A stretch of 62,374 bases of DNA, the filler included, from Kipferlia bialata (Eukaryota), in the NCBI GenBank assembly GCA_003568945.1. It is 5 parts of 5 records of this genome, joined end to end, with 100 filler letters (N's around TTAATTAATTAA, not from the genome) between each part and the next. Parts side by side here need not be neighbours in the genome. Positions count along the whole stretch, not along the records: positions 14,540 to 28,967 come from BDIP01000815.1; positions 29,068 to 43,493 come from BDIP01000816.1; 3 more parts are not named here. The stretch is one strand, 5' to 3'. This document shows, in pieces, positions 27,175 through 38,500 of the stretch. The notes below the pieces were generated by a model that was given only the letters and a program-made list of their open reading frames with translations, was not told the DNA's origin and made no database searches. A program made the translations under genes and the position numbers. The stretch's first letter is position 1; the number at the start of each line of letters is the position of its first letter.

Positions 27175-27617
27175 ATGGGTCTTGTTAGACGGTTCAAGCA
27201 AGATTGGGTGCGATATCTCGGACCGTGTCAGCGTTGAGAGGCTTTTAAAGAGAGAGTGTGGCTGTTTGAGGCGATGACACAATATAGCGTTATTCGTAAA
27301 AACACATAAGGGTTCAGTTTCCTGAGCCTGTTGTCACACAATTACTCACTATATCATCGCAGCTGAAAGAAATGCACTAAATTTTTGATAGCAGCTGATT
27401 GAATCAGCTTGCAGCTTAACAAGTATCCACGCATTAAGTTAATGTCTATTCCCTCGGCAAATATGCCGTCATAATAAAGAATCAGCAAAAAGACACGATC
27501 ATCACTCATGCTGCGTCATCAAACAATGTCATCATTCTCTCTCTCTCTCTCTCTCTCCGAAAGAGTCTCTCTCTCTCTCCCTATACTCTCTAGTACCCTC
27601 TAGTACCCCTAGTTCCT

Positions 27618-28844
27618 CTAGTTGAGCAGCTCTGTCTGGTGCACTGCGGGCTGTGTCTTCTTGAGCTCCTCACTTCCCTTCATGGACATCAGGACCCATG
27701 CCACACAGGCCACACTCAGCAGACCCACGACCACAGACAGGATGTACAGAGCGGTGTCCCCAGCACTCTGGGTGGACAGGGAGTACGCACCCTCCTGGGA
27801 GGACTGGTCCAGGAAGATGCCCTCGTCCCCAAGGGTGGGCATGTCCTCCTTGATGTATCGGGTCAGGCACGTCAGGGAGTTCTAGGGGGTTAGAGAGGAG
27901 CTTTGAGTATAGATAGTCACTATGGTAATATAGCAGTGTCTCCTACCTCGTCTGTGGGGTAGTTGATGGCCGTCCAGTCGTACTCGTTGTCCTCCCCAGG
28001 GGGGTATATGTCTGTGAACATGCTGTTCCAGGCTATCGAGTCATAGTCAGTCACAATCAGGTCGTAGTAGGCAGAGAAGTCGATGTCCCAGCCTGGGTTA
28101 GAAGGAAGGATGTACATACACAGATATATAGTCACAGATAGATAGCCTATGTGAGAATGGGCAGGGAGATGCTGTATGTACTCATACACACATATATATA
28201 CAGATATATATGTATACCTGTGTAGATTGCAATGTACTTGGGGAGCTGTGTGGACTGGAGCGTGGCGTCCTCCTCGATGTCCATCTCATACAGAGGGTTG
28301 TAGGGCATGGGGGCACCGTCATACAGGGTGCGGACGGCATCGTAGCCCTAGGCGGTGAGATATATATGTAGTTAAAGTATATATAATGGTCATAGAGGAT
28401 ACGGACGGCATCATATCCCTGGGGGTATGAGTATATATATATATGTATGTATATACTATATTATGGTATAAGGGTTATGATATTATAGTAATAGAGGGTA
28501 CGGACGGCGTCGTAGCCCTAGAGGTGAGGGTGGGGTATGGGTATACATGCATGTATACGTATATACACTCACTGGTACCTTAGCGTTGAGTGCCGACAAC
28601 GTGTAGTACAGGCAGTGGCCAGGGACCTGGGGGAACACCATGAACTCATTGACAAAGGGCATGACTGGAGGGTCAGAGAGAGAGAGTGAGAGAGAGAGAG
28701 AGAGAGATATGTACTAGGCATGTCCCACTCACTTGTGTAGAGGTCGTCTGTGACGACGTCTCCCTCGTACATGTTGTATCTGACACTGCCACTGTTGAAG
28801 ACTGGGAACTGGGTGTTGAGCTCAGTCATGGCGGGGTCATACAT
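27618..28844 (-). CDS. 5'-nucleotidase/apyrase family, C-terminal domain plus C-terminal TM anchor (5'-truncated at contig end)
   Basis: FNSGSVRYNMYEGDVVTDDLYT/VMPFVNEF fits the 5'-nucleotidase C-domain motif NxGxxRxxxxxGxVTxxDLxxVxPFxN. TM segment ALYILSVVVGLLSVACVAWVLM precedes the stop at 27618. Confidence 0.75.
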
Positions 28845-28967
28845 CTAGGGGTGAGAGGGAGAGAGAGAGACAGAGAGATATGTCATGGTGGGGTCATACA
28901 TCTGAGGGGTGAGGGGGGGGGGGAGGGAGAGAGAGAGAGAGAGAGATATGTCATGGGGGGGTCATAC

Positions 28968-29067
28968 NNNNNNNNNNNNNNNNNNNNNNNNNNNNNNNNN
29001 NNNNNNNNNNNTTAATTAATTAANNNNNNNNNNNNNNNNNNNNNNNNNNNNNNNNNNNNNNNNNNNN
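28968..29067. other. Artificial contig linker N44-TTAATTAATTAA-N44
   Basis: Same 100-nt linker, core at 29012-29023. Confidence 0.97.
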
Positions 29068-29127
<60 letters not shown>

Positions 29128-29153
29128 ATAGTGACAGTGTAGTATACATGCAG

Positions 29154-30699
29154 ACTGCCCACCCCATCCCACAAGAAGAAGGTATAGGCACTGTATCCCA
29201 CAGCTATGGTATTCTAGAGATAGTATGCATCTTAGTATTGCAAATGTATGGTACTGTACTGACACCCAGGACTCTCCCCCCTTCTCCTACAGCTTGTAGT
29301 ATACATAGATGTACAGTGACAGTGTAACATCTATGCACCATACTCTATCCATTGTGCAGCACCCCCTTACCCCCAGGACTCTGCCCCCTTCTCCTACAGC
29401 CAGAGCATAGGCACCCACTCCCACAGCCACAGGAGAGAGAAGACATTCCACTTCGACCATGTGCTAGGTATATCCATACTATGTGTAAGTACCAGTCTTT
29501 CTGTGTGCTTTGGAATGCCCCTCATAGCATATGTTATATATATATATGTGTGTGTATGCATCTTTGTGTATGTATGTATCCGCCTCACCCCCCAGGCCCC
29601 CAGGATGACCAGGGCACTGTGTACAGGGTGACAGGAGAGCCTCTGGTGCAGGACCTGCTGGCAGGTGGGTGTATGCAGGAGTACTCACCTCTCTGAAATG
29701 TATCGTGGCATCAGTGAATATCATGATATATCACTTGTTGAACCTTACACTAGGCTACAACGGATGCATCATGACGTATGGCCAGACGGGTGCTGGTAAG
29801 ACCCACACCATCAGTCACCTGCAGCCGGGGAGGCTGGGACTGATACCAAGGTGAGGGATAGATGGTCTCCGTCTCTCTCACTACATGTCCTATCTCTATC
29901 TGATGCAGGTGCTGCCACGAGATGTTTGATGGGATCACCCAGTCCAAGGGCAGATACGAGTGGAGGGTGCACGTGTCATACTTACAGGTATATGATATAT
30001 ATCAATATACACATTAATACATACATGTTTGAGTTAAGGATTATGTGTCGTACCTGAAGGTATACAGATGTACATAATGACCCTGTAATATACATGGATA
30101 TATGTGTGTCACCCCTCACCCCTCACCCCTCACCCCTCACCCCTCACCCCTCACCCCCCTGGGGTCATCTTCAGTTGACATCCCTCACCCCTATATATGT
30201 AACATCCCCTCACCCTCCAGATCTACATGGAGATCATCAGTGACCTGCTGTCCAACAGTACGGGCCTCAACCTCAGGGAGACAGCGCAGGTGGGTAGTGT
30301 ACATAGATGCCATATATATTATATGGACAGATATGTGTTATATATGCACGGGACTCAACCTCAGGGAGACAGCGCAGGTGGGTATACATATAGATAGATA
30401 CCACCTACAGTGTATGTACTCACCCCCAGGGCGGTGTGTATGTGGAGGACCTGACCTCCTATGAGTGCAAGACAGTCAACGATGTCATGTCCATCATGAG
30501 ACAGGGTGGGTGTGTATATACCACTTCATACTGCTACTATTATAGTGTACACATGTATGTACCATAGATACAACTTGCATATTTGTTACATGATAACTAC
30601 CCCATCCCCCCACCCCCAGGCGAGCAGGCCAAGAAGATGGCGCACACGTCCATGAACACGAGGAGTAGCAGAAGCCATACGGTATTGACAGGTAGACAC

Positions 30700-30744
<45 letters not shown>

Positions 30745-31722
30745 GATAGATAGATAGATAACAATGGTATGTATATGCATGTGTGTGTATACCCTAGGAG
30801 TAGCAGAAGCCACACGGTGCTCACAGGTTTGTTTATCTATGCGTATAGTAGTGGAATGCAAATACATATATAGAATTATGTAGTAGTCTACAGATGTCTT
30901 CCTACAATACAACACCCTCTTCCCCCAGTGTCTGTGACCAGGTCCCTGCGCATGCCCTCTGAGCAGACAGACACAGACCACGCTCAGGTATAGATATATG
31001 TATGGCAATGGGTATATATATATACATATATCATTATATATAATAGTATCTAGGCAGACAGACACAGACCATGCTCAGGTATGAATGAGTGTCGTGGTAT
31101 ATCCTAATAATGATACGTACTAATCCATATACATCCCCTGACCCCCCAGGATGGCACCGACCCAGACGCCCATGACGAGAGGAGACTGCTGAGGGGCAGC
31201 CTGGTCTTTGTGGACCTGGCAGGTATGCAAATCATATGAATATGTAGTATTGTTGCTGATACTGATATAATTGGTCTTTGTGGACCTGGCAGGTGGGGGG
31301 CCGTCTGTTTGTGGTACTGTCGACACTACTCTCTATACTGTCATATTGTACCAACTCTCTGTGTATCGATTGCTGTTCCAGTCCGGTACCCTAACACCCC
31401 CAGGTTCTGAGCGTGCTGCCAAGACCCACCCCGAGGGCATCCAGCTGGCAGAGGCTAAGTCTATCAACAAGAGTGAGTGAATGATAGATATGTGTATATG
31501 TGTATGATAATGATGTGTGTGTATACATATATGATATGGCATCCAGCTGGCAGAGGTCAAGGGTATCAACAAGAGTAAGCGCATTATACATATTGTAACT
31601 TGTATGTACACTGTACCTGATCTCTGCGTATCTCACCCAGGTCTGTCCTGCCTCGGCAATGTTATCGCTGCCCTGTCCAACGACAAGAAGGTATACATCA
31701 TAGTTACATATATGGTGCTCTT

Positions 31723-31763
<41 letters not shown>

Positions 31764-34700
31764 GTCTGTATCCTCACCCCAGGGCGATGATGCCCCCGAC
31801 ACCCCCCGTGCAGACAAGGGGGAGAGAGAGAGGCAGGGGCAGGGGGAGAGGGGGCAGGTGTTTGTGCCCTGGAGAGACAGTAAGCTGACAAGACTACTGC
31901 AGGGTGAGGCATCATCATCATACTTGACGTCTATTCACTGACCAAATGTACTATACAAGTATATATATGTATATATATATATCTATTCACACACCCCCTC
32001 ACCCCCCAGACGTGCTGGGGGGCAACAGTCGCAACACCCTCATCATCAACATAGGACCGGGGAACAGGTATGTCAGATTATTCCTGTGTTTAGATAACAG
32101 ATCCCATGTACGTTATATGGCGGACATGCTATTAAGTCCTTGTATACCCACATGCTGCATCCCTTCCATCTCCCGGACATCCACGAGACTGTAACACATA
32201 TATATGTGAATATAGGTATATATGCATATCTCTTTCCTTATCCAGGAACATCCACGAGACTGTGACGTCTCTGACCTTTGGCAGGAGGGCCATGAGTGTG
32301 CTGGTGCACCCTAAGGTATAAGAGAATATAGTACACAGATATATGGATAGATATAGGTATAGAGATGTATGTACATTGGGCCATGTCGGTGCTGGTGCAT
32401 CCCAAGGTGGGTGTATATATTTACTCTATCCAAATTGTATATATATGCATCATGCCATACACCCACCCCAGGTGAATGAGGAGACGGACTACAGGGCAGA
32501 GCTGTACAGATGTATATACTCTATACCTATATAATATACAGTATGTTACCACCGTCTAACCCCCCAGGTGAATGAGGAGATGGTATCCAGAGTATACATG
32601 TGTGTGTTATCATATATAGTCTTACCAATGTATATATATATATACATCATATTGTTTCTACCCACCCCAGGTGAATGAGGAGATGGACTATAGACAGCTC
32701 AGCATGGAGCTACAGAGGCAGCTGGACAGGTATGGGCACAGATGTATATGTTAGTGTGTATATAGATTTGTGTATCTTAGTGTGTATATACCATATTTAT
32801 ACACACTTTGCTCACCCCTAGGATGTCGATGCAGTCCATGCCTCAAATACCAATACGTACTATCTACCCACATTGTACCTATACTATATATCATACCTGA
32901 CACCCATGATGTCGATGCAGTCCATGTTAGTTATATTGATATACATATATGTATGTGTGTGTATCAATGTATATATATGTCTGCTCTATCTGACCCTCTC
33001 AGGATGTCCATGCAGTCCATGCGCAGAGGCCCCGACTCAGACCTCCTGGCAGACTATGAGGTATGGGAACTCTCTCACCTATACCCCAACACAATAGTAT
33101 ATATGTATATATATATACCCCCAGTCCCTTCTTGTCTATATATATCCATGTATACTCCTTTGTATGTTCACATATACACCCTGACCCCCAGTCCCTGCGT
33201 GTGCAGAATGAGTCTCTGCGTAGAGAACTGGAACAGGAGAGAGAGAGGGCCAGCAACTGTGAGGTACTTACTATATATATATATGTATATATAGTCGTAT
33301 GACAATGTACACTTACTGTATATCTGTATGCATGGCGGTGTGTCAGCTGTCCACTGGAATGTACATGTGTATAGGTCACTATGTATATATGTGTGTGTAT
33401 ATTGACGATAATTGCTCTCTTACCCCCCAGACCGGGTGGCATGCCCAAAAGAGGATGAGTACAGTGATAGACATACTGAAACTATATATATATATATATA
33501 TATACTATTCGATATGTGCCAACTCACCCCAGACCGGGTGGCATGTCCAGAATAGTAGTATAGATGTATATACCTACTGTACTATATATGTATATATACC
33601 ATGTATATATAGTATGTTATATTGTCTACCCCCAGACCGGGTGGCATGCGCAGAAGAGGAGGGCCGACCAGCTAGAGACTGCCAGTCAGATGATGCTGAC
33701 GGCAGTCAATGAGTCACACGAGAGGTATAGCAGATAGATGTAGATAGACAGAGAGATATGTCATCAGCCAAGGAGTCAAGATGGATATGCATTCCTGACA
33801 CCCCGTTTCTAAATAGTAGATTGCTACATCGTCTTCTTGCCCTCACTTGAGCGTGTCAAGGATACGGAGATTTGTGTGTATGAGTAGCACATTTTCATAT
33901 CCGACTTTCCCTGTACTCTCTCTCCCCCTCACCCCCCAGGATCGAGGAGCTTGAGCAGTTTAAGGAGATCGATAAGCATAGCATACACTGCATATCTATC
34001 ATATATATATATAAGTACTCATATTCACTTAACCCCAGGATCGAGGAGCTTGAGCAGATCAAGAACATCGATAAACCTAGCACATTCAGTATATATGTAT
34101 GCATGTGTTCTATTATCCATTATCTATCAGTCATCCTCACCCCCCCAGGATCGAGGAGCTTGAGCAGATCAAGGAGATCGATACTCCTAGCATATTCCCA
34201 ATATATACATGTGTATGATAGTGTATGATAGTGTATCTATAAGTACCCTAACCCCCCAGGATCGAGGAGCTTGAGCAGATCAAGGAGCTGCTGGAGAGGA
34301 ATGTGGCAGACGAGAGGAGGGAGAGGGGAGGGGGGGGAGGCAGAGGTAGCGGTACGTAAATGACACTTAGTCTCTCTCTCTACTATTAGTGTGCACTCTC
34401 TCTCTCCCCCCCTCACCCCCAGCCCCCCCTCCTGGGCCCTCTCCCTCTGACGACATGTCCACCCATGCAGACCTGGATGAGCTGATGAGCACGGCTGAGG
34501 CTAGAGGTATAGATGCATTGGATAGATACTATTTATAGTATATCCACCCTCACCCCCCAGGTGAGACCGAGGTGCTGCAGGCCCTTCAGCAGATGCAACA
34601 GAGCATGGCGGTGTCAGGGAGAGACAGGGTAAGTGTGGATACTTATGTATAAGAGTATGTAGTATACACTTGTGGTAACAATACTCACCCCCAGCCCTCT

Positions 34701-35491
34701 CCCTCTGCCCAGGACAGAGAGAGGGAGAGAGACAGGGACTACCAGCCAAGAGGGGATGGCCTAGGTGGGGGGCATACCTAGACTGGCACTGATACGGAGT
34801 GTGCTGATACACATACCTACCACGTTGATATAGAGTGATATGACATGTGATATATATACACCCACCCCAGGTGGTACCAGTATCAGTATCAGTATCAGAT
34901 ACCTATATATACCATTTCATACTCTATTTATATATCCACCCATATATATCCACCCACATATACACCCATATATATACACCCACATATACACCCATATATA
35001 TACACNNNNNNNNTATACACCCATATATATACACCCACATATACACCCATATATATACACCCACATATCCACCCATATATATACACCCACCCCAGGTGGT
35101 GCCAGGCGCCTAGCCCTAGAGAGGACTATAGTGGACTTACAGGATGCACTGGTCATATCAAACAGTGAGAAGGTGTGTTTGCATCATATCTATATATACT
35201 ATCATAGGATCTCCACATTGACCCTCTCTCTGTCTGTCCTGACCCCCAGACCAAGTCCGTCCTAAATGTGTGTGTGTATATATTTATGTATATATATAAA
35301 TATACCACCCTCACCCCCCAGACCAAGTCTGAGCGTGAGACAGCAGCCATGGCACAGCATGCAGCAGAGATACAGGTGGGTGCATGTGGATACCGTGGTG
35401 TATCTGTGAGGTGCACTACTCCATAGAAGATACATGTCGTTGCCACTATCACTACTGATGACTAACCCCTTTAGAACCAGCTGGCCCCATG

Positions 35492-35523
<32 letters not shown>

Positions 35524-38500
35524 AATGTATGCATATGACCCCTGACCCCCCAGGACCAGCTGGGCCAGACCGAGAAGGGCAACAGTCTGCTACAGGAGAA
35601 CCTGGAGCTGGTCACACAGGTGTGGATAACAATAGTAGTGAATATGTAGTATAGTATCAATGTATATGTACACATATATACCTCGTGTAGATATCAGTCT
35701 ACTACAAGAGAACCTGGAGCTGCTGATGACACAGGTAGATACCCGTCATATACAGTACCTGTGATGAACACTGGTATATGTGTATGTGCTGTGTTTATAT
35801 ACACACACACCCCTCTGACCCCCAGGATAGGGATGTCAAGGAGAGACAGCTGGCCCAGGTCATGAGGAGACTCGAGATACTCTCCAGACACTACAGGAGG
35901 TGGGGGGCTGGATGGTGCATATATTTACGTATATACAGGTGTATACATGTGTTCTTTACAGACCTGCTGTTGACCCCCAGGATGGCCTGCTCCACGATGC
36001 AGCTTGGCAAGCACATGGTGCTCTTATCCTCCACTGGTGTACTAGGGTGTGACAAGACAGTGACAGACAACGTGGCAATCATCAGCAGGTGTGTGGAATA
36101 TACTTGTATATACAGAATGGAACATCCTTCTATAGGAGTAACTCTCCCTCCCTTCCTCTCTCCCCCCTCCCCCCTCACCCCCCAGACTGCTTGAGACCCA
36201 CGATGTCCTGGACACATCCAGTGCGGACATCAGGTATGGGTAGAGATGTATAGATAGATTGAGATATGTACATGTATACTTGAACTGTACATGATGTCCT
36301 GGACACATCCAGTGCAGACATCAGGTAGGGGTGTCTGTATTCATTATTGATATATAGAGATGTATATATAGATTGGTATACGGATATATGCATACCATCT
36401 CCCTCACCCCAGGGGCATGGTTGATGCTGACTCCGCCTTGACTCAACCCATAAACATAATGAGTGTAGTACAGTATACACTAATACCATAATACACGCTA
36501 GTCTAACCCTCAGAGGCATGGTTGATGCTGACTCAGCCCTTGCCCAGCCCCTGGCCATCGCCAGACTGGGCAGGGAGGAGGGAGAGGGAGAGGGAGAGGG
36601 AGAGGGAGAGAGTGACACTGACGAGGAGACTTCGGACTCAGAGTCCGAGCTGGTGCAGGTGGGAGGGGTACCATACTCTCTCTGACTGTCTATATGTATG
36701 AAATTTTATCCCTTATCACCCACCCCCAGGTCTCCCCCGAGGAGTCCCAGTCCATATCTCAACTATCATATATATATATATATGTATATATATATATTTA
36801 CACTCTCTCTCTCTATATATATATACATTCTCTCTTACCTCAGGTCTCCCCCGAGGAGTCCCAGTCCACCGCTGACCTCACCCAGTCACTCAAGAACAGA
36901 CTCGAGTCACCCCCCAAGCCTAAGGTGTGTATACTCTGTGTATACGGATACTGTACATACCCTGCCTCTAACCCCAGGCCAAGACCCTGACCTCAGGGTA
37001 TGTGGATGCACTCAGGCCAGACTCAGGTACGAGTATGTGCATTAGTATACAGTGTCTATATGTATTCCTGTCACCCTCACCCAGGCTCCACCAAGCAGTT
37101 CATCGGGTCCCCCTTCGAGGTTGCCATGATGTTCCCCAGTGCCCAGAACAACGTCATAAGGTAGTGTGTATATATAGTTATATAGTGTATAGTGTTTCAG
37201 TTTATCAGTGCCCAGAACAACGTCATAAGGAGTGCAGAGCATAGTGTAAATGGAATATATGCATAGGGATAGTCCTCACCCCAGGGCCTGTATCATGCTG
37301 TTCCCCTTCCTGAGTGCCGGACTGATGAGGAGGGACACCACCATAGACAGACTCCTGTCATCGGGCATGTTACACGGCACAGTGCCTCAGGTATAGAGAT
37401 ATGTGAATGGTACATGTATTGTATAGATGTACATCGATACCCTGACCCCCAGGTCTCTGTCAACACCAGCCCCGAGGCCCTGTGGCGCAGGATAGTGAGG
37501 AGGGGAGCTGATGTGTGTGCCTTCCGACCCCCCTCCAATGGTGTCAATGCCACCCTCATTAGAGATATCACACTCCACATGTCGGGGAAGGCAGGGGAGA
37601 AGGTACACAGTTTATGATGATATCTATGACAGTACTCATTTACACTACACTCTTCACATGTTGTGAAAGGCGGGGGAGAAGCCAGTGGGTGTATAGTACA
37701 GTATATAGTGTATATATATGCACACACACACACATCTCCACTCACCCCCTAGGCCGAAGAGCGTCGTATGCAGCGTGAGGGGTCTCTCCTTCCCATGACC
37801 AGGGGTACTAGGAACATGGGCCTGGGGGCTAGGCCCAGGGGGCTAAACAGGGCAGAGGAGTTGTTCCCAGGTGTGTTATAGAATTCTATTGTTAGGTGTA
37901 TGTGTATGGAGCGTGTGTGTTTGTACACTCAATGTGTCCCCTCTCACCCCAGGCGTGCTGTTCCCTGACCCCGACAAGGAGAGGGAGAGGGAGAGGCCCC
38001 TCTCCAGCAGACCCAACCGTCCTCACGGCATGAACTCGCTCTCCCTATCCACCAGCCATGGGATGCATGGGATGAACAGCAAGCACTCGATGTCTATGGT
38101 TGGCAGTATGGGACCATCCAGCATGACCAGCCCTAGGCCCATGCACCCCCACAACGCCTCATTGGTGTCACTCACGCAGGGCATGCAGCACTCGATATCA
38201 AGGTGGGATGGGGTACTTATACTTGTACATTGTAAGTGTGTCTATCTATCCTAACCCCAGGTCCCTGCTTGCCCCCACCAACCCCTCTGTCTCCCGTGCC
38301 GGTCTGTCGGGTCTGATCGATGCAGCCCTGAGTGCAGAGGAGCCGGCATCCCAGCTGTCTCTCTCGCACTCCTCGTTCAGGTGGGGGGAGTTGATGTATG
38401 CATGTACATACACTTCCATATGACTGACTGACTATACCCTCTCTCTACCCCTACCGGTGTGTCTCACCCCCCAGGTCTAGACAGAGCACTGCCAATCTGG

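Noticed and set aside
30106..30158. (GGGGTGA)n as an interstitial telomere or G-quadruplex element
   Set aside because: It is better explained as an amplified branch-site motif within an intron and is not at a contig end.
33925..34300. Repeat-spacer arrays resembling CRISPR
   Set aside because: The repeats are splice acceptor plus exon starts in a eukaryotic gene. The spacers are related low-complexity intron sequence and there are no cas genes.
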